Source of the DNA: Escherichia phage anhysbys | Sequence record: NC_052656.1 | Reading direction: 5' to 3' (one strand) | DNA length: 64,000 bases | Part shown: positions 1-8,524 of the stretch, in pieces | Layout of the letters: each line of letters opens with the position of its first letter | How positions within the stretch are numbered: position 1 is the first letter of the stretch | Position numbers and translations under genes: made by a program | Notes under the pieces: generated by a model | The model's input: the letters and a program-made list of their open reading frames with translations, nothing else | Database searches by the model: none | Told to the model about the DNA's origin: nothing

Positions 1-166
1 CATTCCAAATCATGCTTTGAACAATCTTATTTTGGTCCCCTTCAGGCATAAATTCATCTAAACGGTAATCGTCATTACCTACCGCTTTTGCTGCATAACG
101 GCTTTCAATCTTTGCTGAATTAGCCAGTTTCTGCCGTTGTGTTTTAGCTGCGGTTTTATTTCCCAT
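1..166 (-). CDS. hypothetical protein, N-terminal fragment (gene runs off the window start)
   Basis: minus-strand ATG at 166-164 with AGGAG ~8 nt upstream; frame open to position 1; missing from the ORF track only because no stop lies inside the window. Confidence 0.35.
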   Translation of the reverse strand, partial: MGNKTAAKTQRQKLANSAKIESRYAAKAVGNDDYRLDEFMPEGDQNKIVQSMIWN

Positions 167-182
167 AGTAGCACTCCTTTTA

Positions 183-203
183 GAAGGGGCCGAAGCCCCT
201 TTA
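183..203 (-). terminator. GC hairpin GGGGC-CGAA-GCCCC 3' of lysozyme gene
   Basis: perfect 5-bp stem with tetraloop at 186-199; U-run is weak on the minus strand, so terminator function is uncertain; same 14-mer recurs at 4478-4491. Confidence 0.35.
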
Positions 204-704
204 TTAGTTGTAAGCATCTAAAGTTCCAGAAGTCAGAACTTTAATTACTCGTTCAGCACGGTTTGGCGTCTGGCTATACCATCGGCTTTTACGCATGTTT
301 TTACCTGCTTGAGTATAATATGCATTGCTGATTAAAGTCAAGCTATTTTGAAACCCTTCAGCACCTTTTAACCCCAACTGGAAAACCATGTTGATTATTC
401 CCAATTTACGAGTATCACTAACCTTATCATAGATTGGTGATAAGATAGTACTGTTTTTTATGTCTCTCTTCACTTTTGCAACATCGTCAGCAAAGATTTG
501 ACGGGCTTCTTTTTCTGTGATAACTCCATTAGTCTTACGACCAAGAAGATTATCTAAGATTTGAATAGCCTTTGCTTTATCTTTTATTTTAGTCAGAAGG
601 TGTCCTATGCCGACTGTCCAATAACCAAGATGGTCTTGATAAACAGTAAGCTTCAGTCCTTCATCGACTCGTAGCATATCAAACTCATCTACTACTTTAG
701 CCAT
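204..704 (-). CDS. endolysin, T4-type lysozyme (glycoside hydrolase family 24)
   Basis: 166 aa; N-terminus [30 protein letters not shown] closely parallels T4 lysozyme [30 protein letters not shown], including the catalytic Glu/Asp/Thr positions. Confidence 0.9.
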   Translation of the reverse strand: [166 protein letters not shown]

Positions 705-711
705 TTACTTC

Positions 712-861
712 CTACTCGTCGTCTCCTACTCCGTGATCCAACTCGTTAAACAACAGATGTTCTGGAGAAGTTTCACGTTTTGGTTTCGTTTTCTTTATGT
801 TGGACTTCAGCTCATTTGCCAAAGCACGAGAAAAGATCTTACGTTTCTGTTTACTTTTCAT
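712..861 (-). CDS. small basic protein (49 aa), hypothetical
   Basis: ATG at 861 with GGAG ~11 nt upstream; Lys/Arg-rich; below ORF-track size cutoff; fills the gap between glutaredoxin and lysozyme. Confidence 0.25.
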   Translation of the reverse strand: MKSKQKRKIFSRALANELKSNIKKTKPKRETSPEHLLFNELDHGVGDDE

Positions 862-866
862 AATTG

Positions 867-1127
867 TTACTCCGCAATTTGAGCCATGAGATCACGCAGT
901 TCGGTAAAACCGCCTACGTATGTTACCTCCCCGTTCACTTCAGACAGAATTTGTGGAAATGTGCGTGGAGGAACTCCGGTAAGATCAACAACTGTTTTAG
1001 TCATTGATTCTAAATCATAGTCTTGATCAAGACTTAAATATTCAAACTGTTTATTGCGCATGGTTAATAGTTGTTTTGACATTTCGCAAAATTGACAGTT
1101 AGGTTTACCAAAAATTACAAATTCCAT
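867..1127 (-). CDS. glutaredoxin/NrdH-like redoxin
   Basis: 86 aa with N-terminal CQFC (CxxC) active-site motif; thioredoxin-fold size; same module as nrdAB. Confidence 0.75.
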   Translation of the reverse strand: MEFVIFGKPNCQFCEMSKQLLTMRNKQFEYLSLDQDYDLESMTKTVVDLTGVPPRTFPQILSEVNGEVTYVGGFTELRDLMAQIAE

Positions 1128-1969
1128 TACCTCTCCTTATTAAGTAATACTGCTAAAGACTGTTCAATACCTTTATTTAAATCTGATTTTGTAAGATAGT
1201 GACTGGTTACTAATTGTGACTTCACCGGACGTGCTGCTGGAGCATTATAGGTTGAAGCTGATACCGCCGATATCTTAACAGGTTCTGGCATCTGTGTCAA
1301 GATCTTTTCCGCAAACTCCGCCCAAGAAATAAAATGGCTTCCTGCAAAATGGTAAGTCTTAACAGACCTTGACCAACCTGTTTTTAATACTTCAAAAATA
1401 GCTTCTGCTAAATCTGGAGCATATGTTGGACAAGAGAACTGATCAGCAACAACAATAAAATCACGTTGTCCATCATTATAGCGAGACAACATGGTTTTTA
1501 GAAAGTTATTTCCAAATTCGCTATATACCGAGGCTGTTCGAATAATATATGCATTTGGGTTAACTCCTCGCACCATTTTTTCACCGAGTTCTTTCGTATA
1601 CCCATAATTGTTTATTGGGTTAGGTGTAGTATCTTCAAAAATAGGATGAGAATAATTAAAAATATAATCTGTAGAAATATGCACAAAATCAATTTTAAGT
1701 TTGCTGCACACTGCCGCAATATTTGCAGGTCCATACGCATTAACAGCCAAAGCAGTAGCAAAATCATGTTCTGCTTTATCTACAGCCGTATAAGCAGCGC
1801 AGTTAATAACACCGTCTACATAATCTTCAACAATAGCGTTTCGCACAGCTTCAAAATTTGTAATATCTACACGTTCTTTAGGATAAATTAAAGATACATT
1901 CGAAGGAACCACTTTACGTAAAGCTTGTCCCAGTTGTCCATTACCACCTAATACCAGATATGTTAGCAT
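1127..1969 (-). CDS. rmlD: dTDP-4-dehydrorhamnose reductase-like (RmlD family)
   Basis: 280 aa; Rossmann GGNGQLG; NCAAYTAVDKAE, STDYIF, YGYTKELGE (YxxxK), NNFLKTML parallel E. coli RmlD as recalled from memory. Confidence 0.75.
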   Translation of the reverse strand: MLTYLVLGGNGQLGQALRKVVPSNVSLIYPKERVDITNFEAVRNAIVEDYVDGVINCAAYTAVDKAEHDFATALAVNAYGPANIAAVCSKLKIDFVHISTDYIFNYSHPIFEDTTPNPINNYGYTKELGEKMVRGVNPNAYIIRTASVYSEFGNNFLKTMLSRYNDGQRDFIVVADQFSCPTYAPDLAEAIFEVLKTGWSRSVKTYHFAGSHFISWAEFAEKILTQMPEPVKISAVSASTYNAPAARPVKSQLVTSHYLTKSDLNKGIEQSLAVLLNKER

Positions 1970-2529
1970 ACACCCTCACTACGTAGCTGTTGAAAAGATT
2001 TAGCCATTGCATCTTTTGTTGATAAAATAGGTTTAAAATCTTCATCAAAAATCATATCAAAGCCCCAATCGATCCCTATATCAGGATCATCCCAACGTAA
2101 ACTTTGTTCACTAGAAGGGTCGTATGGAGTTGTGCATTTGTATTCAAAGATAGCATCCATACTCAAAACTATAAAACCGTGTGCCAAACCAGGTGGAAGC
2201 CAAAACTGCGTATGGTGTCGTGCACGAAGAACAACACCGTCCCAAGCACCGTAAGTTGGACTATCTTTACGTAAATCTACAGCGAAATCCAATACTTCTC
2301 CACTTACACAACGAACAAGCTTACCTTGCGGGTTGTTTGTTTGGAAGTGCATTCCTCGCAAAACACCGAAGTTTGATTTAGACATGTTATCTTGAACGAA
2401 AGTTTGTCTACCAATAATATCTTCGTATTTTTGTTCATTGTATGTTTCTAAAAAGAAACCACGATCATCTTTATAAACGTCTGGTTTGATAATTACCGCA
2501 CCTTCAATTTTTGTTTTTTCTACTTTCAT
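1963..2529 (-). CDS. rmlC: dTDP-4-dehydrorhamnose 3,5-epimerase (RmlC, cupin fold)
   Basis: 188 aa; DDRGFFLETYN, FVQDNMSKS, VLRGMHFQ, GKLVRCVSGEV.DFAVDLRK, FWLPPGLAHGF, PSSEQSLRWDD track the RmlC family almost block for block. Confidence 0.85.
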   Translation of the reverse strand: MKVEKTKIEGAVIIKPDVYKDDRGFFLETYNEQKYEDIIGRQTFVQDNMSKSNFGVLRGMHFQTNNPQGKLVRCVSGEVLDFAVDLRKDSPTYGAWDGVVLRARHHTQFWLPPGLAHGFIVLSMDAIFEYKCTTPYDPSSEQSLRWDDPDIGIDWGFDMIFDEDFKPILSTKDAMAKSFQQLRSEGVC

Positions 2530-2538
2530 TTTCTCTCC

Positions 2539-2865
2539 TTACCAGACATGTTGAGAAATAATAGTTTCCGTTTTAATGTTATATTTTTCAAGTAGCTCTG
2601 CATAGGCTTCTTTTGCATTCTCATTTAATTGCTCAAGATCTACAGCTACGCTTCCTTCTCCGCCTTCTAAATAAATACCATATATGCAATAAGACTCATC
2701 AGCATCGTAGAAAGGAGAGATGCGACTTAAGTCCAGACCTTCTTGTAAGAACCAGTTAAAATCTCCGTCAAATTCTTCTTCAATTCTAGGATCTTCTCCT
2801 ACAGCCTCTTCCCACTTATTAAAAGGTGCACCCTGTAACATACGCCATTCGATATCAATACCCAT
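2539..2865 (-). CDS. hypothetical acidic protein
   Basis: 108-aa ORF, coding-like composition, in operon context; no recognisable motif. Confidence 0.5.
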   Translation of the reverse strand: MGIDIEWRMLQGAPFNKWEEAVGEDPRIEEEFDGDFNWFLQEGLDLSRISPFYDADESYCIYGIYLEGGEGSVAVDLEQLNENAKEAYAELLEKYNIKTETIISQHVW

Positions 2866-3019
2866 TTTTCATCTCCTCCTCTTCTTGAGCAGCTTTAATA
2901 ATTGCTTCATAAATATCGTAAGCAATGCCTCCACAACATCTAGCTTCGAAAGCTATTGCTTCTGCAATGTGGTCTGTTAATTCTCGTGGAATTCGGACAT
3001 ACTCTTTTTCACTCTCCAT
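2855..3019 (-). CDS. small hypothetical protein (54 aa)
   Basis: ATG at 3019 with GGAGG 7 nt upstream; stop overlaps the start of the downstream gene (translational coupling); below ORF-track cutoff. Confidence 0.3.
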   Translation of the reverse strand: MESEKEYVRIPRELTDHIAEAIAFEARCCGGIAYDIYEAIIKAAQEEEEMKNGY

Positions 3020-3161
3020 CTTCTACCTCCGACCCTGCTTTTTCAAATACTACTACTCGTCCTTCACCATGACAATTCAGGCAAGGAAATGTTACCATAA
3101 TTTCCACTTCCATCTGTCCAGTCCCACCACACACAGGACAAAAAATAAGTTTTTCAGCCAT
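3009..3161 (-). CDS. small zinc-ribbon protein (50 aa)
   Basis: ATG at 3161 with GGAGG upstream; two CxxC pairs (CPVCGG...CLNCHG); stop overlaps the next small ORF's start. Confidence 0.35.
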   Translation of the reverse strand: MAEKLIFCPVCGGTGQMEVEIMVTFPCLNCHGEGRVVVFEKAGSEVEDGE

Positions 3162-3370
3162 TATTCCTCCTTAATTATTTCAAACTTGGCAACACCATTT
3201 ACAATAATATGACCACAAGACATAACTCCTAGCCAAGGATCGCCGTTTTTCTTCAGGCGTTTACCGAATACATCACAAAAACCATTCTTCATTTCGGAGG
3301 CTTCATAAGAAGCCCCTTTGTCAAAAACGTCTTTGAATGTGTCGATTATACCAACACATCTCAAAATCAT
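3161..3370 (-). CDS. hypothetical protein (69 aa)
   Basis: ORF with ATG/TAA overlap to nrdB stop; no motif recognised. Confidence 0.45.
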   Translation of the reverse strand: MILRCVGIIDTFKDVFDKGASYEASEMKNGFCDVFGKRLKKNGDPWLGVMSCGHIIVNGVAKFEIIKEE

Positions 3371-4455
3371 TAGAAGTCAAGCTCCTCATCATCAGAGAGA
3401 TCTTTGTTAGCTGAATTCAATTTGTAATTAGTTAACTGAATCTCTTGGGCTGCTGACTGAATCAAATCAGGATTCAACCATTTTTCCATCCAAGCTAAAG
3501 GACTATGTTTAGGTGCTTTAAACTTGGCTTTCATTTTCAATCGACGATAAATAGGAGCAGCATTGAAATAAACCCACTGTTTAGACAATTCGGCGTTAAG
3601 ACCTACAATAAAACGACCTTCACTAAACAGGTAGTCACACCACTGTTCCTCTTGTTCAACAACAGTGTCGAGGATCAAAGTCAACTCTTCAATATTGTCT
3701 TCGTAAATTTTACGCCAAATTGGGTCATGCATCAATGCATCAATTACAGCATAATCCATCTTAACATGCAAGATTTCATCTAGCATAATTTTCTGGATCA
3801 GCTTACAAGCCCCAACAAACAATTGTTGTTCTGCCATAGCAAAAGTAGCAGAGAAGGAAGATATAAACTGAATACCTTCTAATCCAATCAGGGCTACCAT
3901 CCCTTTAAGAATCAGCAATCGAAGTTCATCGTTAGCTTCAATCAATCCTAGAGCATACTTATGACCAGCTTCTTCCAACTGACCCATGATATCAGCAATG
4001 ATACCCATACGATTGAAAATTTTATCATTAATCATAATCTGATTGATGACTTCAATTGGATCTGGAGTACATTGACGGATTATTTCAGAATACGTTAACG
4101 CATGGAGAACTTCCATTTCACTCTGCTTCATCATCATAGCACAGGCTTCATTGTTACTCAAGAATGGAGAGAACAAAGTGATGATTGATTTTGCAAGAGA
4201 ATCATTTTCCCATTGGAACGATAAGTTTTTAATCATAACATCATAGTTGTTTTTAGAACAAGCTACGAAATCTTTACGTGTCTGATCCAAGTTAACTTCG
4301 TTTTCATCCCAATCTTGTGCTTTTTGAAGTTTGTAGAGTTTGTGCATTTCTGGATAAGTTACGTTAACAGAATCAAAGATCCCTAATTGCTCCCCCAAAA
4401 ATACTGGATATTTTCCTGTTTTGTAAACTTCGTTGTGTAAATTAATTGCTGCCAT
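3370..4455 (-). CDS. nrdB: ribonucleotide reductase class Ia small subunit (NrdB)
   Basis: 361 aa, ferritin-like helical protein directly downstream of nrdA; typical size and architecture; uninterrupted (no intron). Confidence 0.85.
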   Translation of the reverse strand: MAAINLHNEVYKTGKYPVFLGEQLGIFDSVNVTYPEMHKLYKLQKAQDWDENEVNLDQTRKDFVACSKNNYDVMIKNLSFQWENDSLAKSIITLFSPFLSNNEACAMMMKQSEMEVLHALTYSEIIRQCTPDPIEVINQIMINDKIFNRMGIIADIMGQLEEAGHKYALGLIEANDELRLLILKGMVALIGLEGIQFISSFSATFAMAEQQLFVGACKLIQKIMLDEILHVKMDYAVIDALMHDPIWRKIYEDNIEELTLILDTVVEQEEQWCDYLFSEGRFIVGLNAELSKQWVYFNAAPIYRRLKMKAKFKAPKHSPLAWMEKWLNPDLIQSAAQEIQLTNYKLNSANKDLSDDEELDF

Positions 4456-4469
4456 TTAAAATTCTCCTC

Positions 4470-4492
4470 AATAAAAAGGGGCCGAAGCCCCT
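4470..4492 (-). terminator. intrinsic terminator/attenuator between nrdA and nrdB
   Basis: minus-strand GGGGC-TTCG-GCCCC hairpin followed by TTTTTATT. Confidence 0.55.
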
Positions 4493-4499
4493 AGTTTCA

Positions 4500-6740
4500 T
4501 CACATCTTGCAAGCTTCACAACCACCATCAGAATCTTCTTGTGCTAAAGAGTCTGCTGATTTTGTTCTACTATTAAGGTAATACAACGACTTACCACCCA
4601 GTCTAGCAAAATTCAGAATAAACTGCATCTCAGCTTTCACTGATAAACGTCCACCTACCAATTTAGAATAATCTAGCCAAGAATCACAAGAAATTCCTTG
4701 GTCCGTAAACTTGGTAAAGATACCATACATTTCTGCAAGGTCTTTAGCAGGAGTGTCCCAGGCGGACTGGTAGAACATTTTCAGTTTTTCGTAGTCTGGA
4801 ACAATAAATAATACACTACCTTTCTGACTTTGTTTATACATAATAGTATCACGAACAGGATACAGAGAGTTAGTAGTATTGCTTACCAAACTGCTGGACT
4901 CATTAGGTGCGATAGCAGCCAAGACACTGTTACGGATACCACCTTGTTCAATGATTTCAGCACGTAAGCCTTCCCAATCCATTTTAAGATCAAAATTACC
5001 GATACTATCTACTGTTTTAGCATAAGTGTCAATTGGTAGCCAACCTTGAGGCCATTTGGTCTTATCGATCCATTCCGCATTACCTTTTTCCTTAGCCAGA
5101 CGCAGAGAGGCTTTTGCCAACCAAAAGTAATGACGTTCTGCAAGTTCATGCATTAATTTTTTAGCATAAGCATCTGAATAATTTACAAAATTACTTGCCA
5201 AGTAATGTGCTAAGTTTGTAATACCTACACCAATAGATCTACGTGCTTTAGCAGTTATTTCGTTATGTTTAAATGGATAATCCATTGTTTCAATAACGTT
5301 GTCAATTGTCAATACAGTGTAGTATGCAACATCCTCATATTCTTCAGGTAAGACACGACCAGCAACAATAGAAGATAAGAAGCATAAAGCCAATTCTTGA
5401 TCTTCTGTATTCTCACCAGTAAAGAGATCCGGCATACTGTGGAAAGCTTTAGTTGGTAAGAAGATCTCTTGACACAGGTTTGATTGATACACCGTATCCA
5501 GGAAAGGTGTATGGTTGTTAACGTTGTCCGCAAAGAACATGTAAATACGTCCTGTTTCTGCACGTTGAACAATAATCTCTGTCAGAAGATCACGAGCCTT
5601 AACAAATTTTTTCTTAATGCGACGACGGCTTACTTTGTCATAAACTGCATCAAACTCTTCTTCACTTTTATACAAAGCTTCATAAAGTTCAGGAGCATCA
5701 TCACAACTAACTAACATCCAATCTTCGTTTTTTGCTGCTCGACGCAAGAACGAACGGTTAACAACAATAGAATAATCCAGTTTGTCTACTCGTTTATCTA
5801 TAGGTGTTGTTGGATTCTTCAGTCGAATCAGATCGTCGAAGTCTGGTTCAAGTATGGTAAAGGTAACTGTAGCACTACCTCCACGGCTTGCTTGCTTCGA
5901 AGCTCCAACACTATCTTCCATCCATTTCAGATACGGAAGAAGACCACCATGAATAATACGATTATTCTTAACACCTTGACCTGTGGCACGAGTTTGAAGA
6001 TTAACACCAATACCTGCGTTATTCAACGTATACTCATGAGCTAAGTAATTAGCAATGGCTAAAGACTCTGCTGTGTCATCTGCACGGAATAAACAACAAG
6101 ACGCACTTCCTTTGATTGGAGTTCGTAGAGTTGTCAGATATGGTGATGGCAGATTAATCTTAAGATCGCTAACATAAGTATACAGTTTTTTAATATCTTC
6201 TATACGGCGTTCTTTTGGTTGGATCTCCATAACCTTCATTGCGATACCAATGAAAAGAAACTGTGGAGACTCATGCACCACATCGTTTACTGCATCTCGG
6301 ATAAGATATTTATCCACCATCTGACGTAAAACAGAATAGCCATAAGTTAGATTTTTATTATGCTTTACAATCTTACCAATTTCTTTGATCTCTTCATCAG
6401 TATAATCCATTTTAGCCCAATGTCCACGTTCTACCATATCATGATAAAAGGTATTCAGTGAAGGGATACTGTGGTATCCCCCATGAGCCTGTTTGTAAAT
6501 CATACCCAGAAGAAGTCTTCCTGCCATATCACTGTAAGCTTGTGTTTTCTTGTCAATACACGCTGCAATCATTGCTTTATGCAGATCACGTGTAGACACA
6601 CCGTCATAACACCGCTTCACAGCTTCTAATTCAATTTCAGACCAGTTTAGTTTACCTGCTGCAAATTCAGACCACTTGCGAAGTTTTTCTGGATTAAACT
6701 CCTCTATCTTACCGTTAGATTTAGTTACAAAACGAATCAA
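4500..6740 (-). CDS. nrdA: ribonucleotide reductase class Ia large subunit (NrdA)
   Basis: 746 aa; active-site region SNLCQEI, C-terminal Cys pair (CEAC), size matches NrdA. Confidence 0.9.
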   Translation of the reverse strand: MIRFVTKSNGKIEEFNPEKLRKWSEFAAGKLNWSEIELEAVKRCYDGVSTRDLHKAMIAACIDKKTQAYSDMAGRLLLGMIYKQAHGGYHSIPSLNTFYHDMVERGHWAKMDYTDEEIKEIGKIVKHNKNLTYGYSVLRQMVDKYLIRDAVNDVVHESPQFLFIGIAMKVMEIQPKERRIEDIKKLYTYVSDLKINLPSPYLTTLRTPIKGSASCCLFRADDTAESLAIANYLAHEYTLNNAGIGVNLQTRATGQGVKNNRIIHGGLLPYLKWMEDSVGASKQASRGGSATVTFTILEPDFDDLIRLKNPTTPIDKRVDKLDYSIVVNRSFLRRAAKNEDWMLVSCDDAPELYEALYKSEEEFDAVYDKVSRRRIKKKFVKARDLLTEIIVQRAETGRIYMFFADNVNNHTPFLDTVYQSNLCQEIFLPTKAFHSMPDLFTGENTEDQELALCFLSSIVAGRVLPEEYEDVAYYTVLTIDNVIETMDYPFKHNEITAKARRSIGVGITNLAHYLASNFVNYSDAYAKKLMHELAERHYFWLAKASLRLAKEKGNAEWIDKTKWPQGWLPIDTYAKTVDSIGNFDLKMDWEGLRAEIIEQGGIRNSVLAAIAPNESSSLVSNTTNSLYPVRDTIMYKQSQKGSVLFIVPDYEKLKMFYQSAWDTPAKDLAEMYGIFTKFTDQGISCDSWLDYSKLVGGRLSVKAEMQFILNFARLGGKSLYYLNSRTKSADSLAQEDSDGGCEACKM

Positions 6741-6756
6741 CTTCTCCTCCCTATTA

Positions 6757-6999
6757 TTAATGCATATTCAAAACATCTACATCATAACCGAACTTCATTT
6801 CATTAAAAAGTCCATTAGCATATAGAAAACCTTCAAAATGAGTTATGTCATCAAACCCTTTTGCTTTTGCTCGACGGTCTGCTTCTTGTCTTTTAGGAGA
6901 TAAACGTTTTGAAGTGTCTAGAATTACAGTTACATTACAACCAACAGTTTCATCAAAATAGACTTCGATTTCACAGCCTTCATATTTATTATCAGTCAT
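6757..6999 (-). CDS. hypothetical protein
   Basis: ORF 6757-7011; start placed at the second ATG (6999), which has a GAGGG Shine-Dalgarno. Confidence 0.45.
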   Translation of the reverse strand: MTDNKYEGCEIEVYFDETVGCNVTVILDTSKRLSPKRQEADRRAKAKGFDDITHFEGFLYANGLFNEMKFGYDVDVLNMH

Positions 7000-7007
7000 T
7001 GTCCCTC

Positions 7008-7418
7008 TCATTGATTAGTATCATCTGCTTTCGCAGGATCATAAGAGTTACCGAAATCATCCATCTTAATATGTGACGCACCCCAACCTGTAAATTCTTC
7101 ATCACCAAAATGAAAAATATCGTTTTCTTGATAGATTCGTTTAAAACCACAATTAGGTGAAACAGGGAAAGTGAAAAGCGTTGTATTTGCAAACACTACT
7201 CGCTTATCGTTATTGCTTCGGATATTCACATTACGCTCAACAGAATAGTGTGAATCTTCAGCCATACCCAGCATTACAAGCGACGCTCTAATAACAGCAT
7301 TTTGTTTCTCGTGTGGGATATTGCCATTGTGTTTATTTGATTCTAGTTTCCAGATAGGGGTAGACATTACAGTAGACATGCTTACGGTAGCCCAAGTTGT
7401 AGTATTTACTAATGACAT
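7008..7418 (-). CDS. hypothetical protein
   Basis: ORF-track start at 7451 is a GTG inside a hairpin; ATG at 7418 has AAGGAG 5 nt upstream. Confidence 0.45.
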   Translation of the reverse strand: MSLVNTTTWATVSMSTVMSTPIWKLESNKHNGNIPHEKQNAVIRASLVMLGMAEDSHYSVERNVNIRSNNDKRVVFANTTLFTFPVSPNCGFKRIYQENDIFHFGDEEFTGWGASHIKMDDFGNSYDPAKADDTNQ

Positions 7419-7470
7419 ATTTTCTCCTTCATTTTGAATGGGAGGACTCACCTCCTCCCAGTATTGTGCT

Positions 7471-7500
7471 ATATTATACTAAAACTAATACTAAAGTCAA
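7471..7500 (-). promoter_or_regulatory. sigma70-like promoter (TTGACT-16-TATAAT) on minus strand
   Basis: reverse complement of 7495-7500 is TTGACT and of 7473-7478 is TATAAT; followed by 5'UTR hairpin GGGAGGA/TCCTCCC. Confidence 0.5.
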
Positions 7501-7516
7501 TAATTATTTAAACAGA

Positions 7517-8515
7517 TCACCATTTAGTATGATTTGTTAAAAGTTGACGATGTTGAATCCAGCCTTTGAAATTGCCAGACCAAAACTTACCATTACGATC
7601 TACATGGGTAATACCTGGTTCCCAAGAGTTAAAATCCCAAGGAGCATTGATAAACAAATCTTCAAAACAGTTCTCCCCATATTGTTCGCATGTTTCTTGC
7701 ATTGGGGTGGCTTGATGTTCAAACGGAGAAGCATGAACCTTGCGCCCAGTCAGCAAACGACCATAGATATCTAAAGCTTTATCTTTAGTTGCATTCAAAC
7801 GACGATAGCTAACCTGTGCACAACACGAAGCTGAAATAGCTTTGGCTTCTTCCAAAGTAAGCACAACAACTTCTCCAGATTCATCTTGAACATAGTATCC
7901 ACCAAAAACAAAATGATCGTCACCTTCTGTGCCAATATTATCATAGAAATGGTCTACATAAGGTGTGTGCCATTGCCCTGGTTTCAGCACTTCTGGTGTA
8001 GATTCTTCATACTCTTTGTGCATCTCTTTAGCCAAAGCTTCGATAGTAGGATCGGCTTCTTTGTCATCACGTAGCCACCAGAAATTTTCATATTCTGTTG
8101 CTGTCAGAACTGTTTTAATTCGTTGGAAAGGTTCCAGAAGACGGTTTGCAACTTGTTTGTGGTACCCTGCCAAAGAGAATTCTTCTGCAAAACGTGCTGC
8201 ACTAAGCGCGGCAAGATCCCACCACTCTTGAGCAGTATAACCTGCATCAATAAGAGCATCATGGTCAACACCTTTGTCCTGCATACCAGGTTGGTTAGCC
8301 CCAAAACGATAAGGACGAGCAGGCTGATTTCGAACCATTTCGATCAGTGTTTTAACAGGTATAGCACGGCTAGAAGCAGCATTACGACTGAACAGGCGGT
8401 GAGTCATCAGTTCTGAATGAATAATACGTGGATATTCAAGTTCGAAAGTTACAATCTCTTTTCCGTCTTCAGTGATGGAATGCGCAATAATACTAGCCGA
8501 AATCTGTTTTGTCAT
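7517..8515 (-). CDS. thyX: flavin-dependent thymidylate synthase-like (ThyX family)
   Basis: 332 aa; THRLFSRNAASSRA matches the ThyX signature RHRx7S (cf. RHRIASYNELSGRY) but with Thr replacing the first Arg. Confidence 0.6.
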   Translation of the reverse strand: MTKQISASIIAHSITEDGKEIVTFELEYPRIIHSELMTHRLFSRNAASSRAIPVKTLIEMVRNQPARPYRFGANQPGMQDKGVDHDALIDAGYTAQEWWDLAALSAARFAEEFSLAGYHKQVANRLLEPFQRIKTVLTATEYENFWWLRDDKEADPTIEALAKEMHKEYEESTPEVLKPGQWHTPYVDHFYDNIGTEGDDHFVFGGYYVQDESGEVVVLTLEEAKAISASCCAQVSYRRLNATKDKALDIYGRLLTGRKVHASPFEHQATPMQETCEQYGENCFEDLFINAPWDFNSWEPGITHVDRNGKFWSGNFKGWIQHRQLLTNHTKW

Positions 8516-8524
8516 TTTTTCTCC

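Noticed and set aside
1646-3212. Plus-strand ORF-track entries 1646-1891, 2181-2381, 2720-2980, 2925-3212 (and similar antisense ORFs throughout 1-21970)
   Set aside because: They lie antisense to well-supported minus-strand genes (RmlD, RmlC, NrdA etc.), lack ribosome-binding sites and have low-complexity translations.
7419-7451. GTG start at 7451 for the 7008-7451 ORF
   Set aside because: The GTG sits inside a GGGAGGA/TCCTCCC hairpin with no upstream RBS; the in-frame ATG at 7418 has AAGGAG at ideal spacing.
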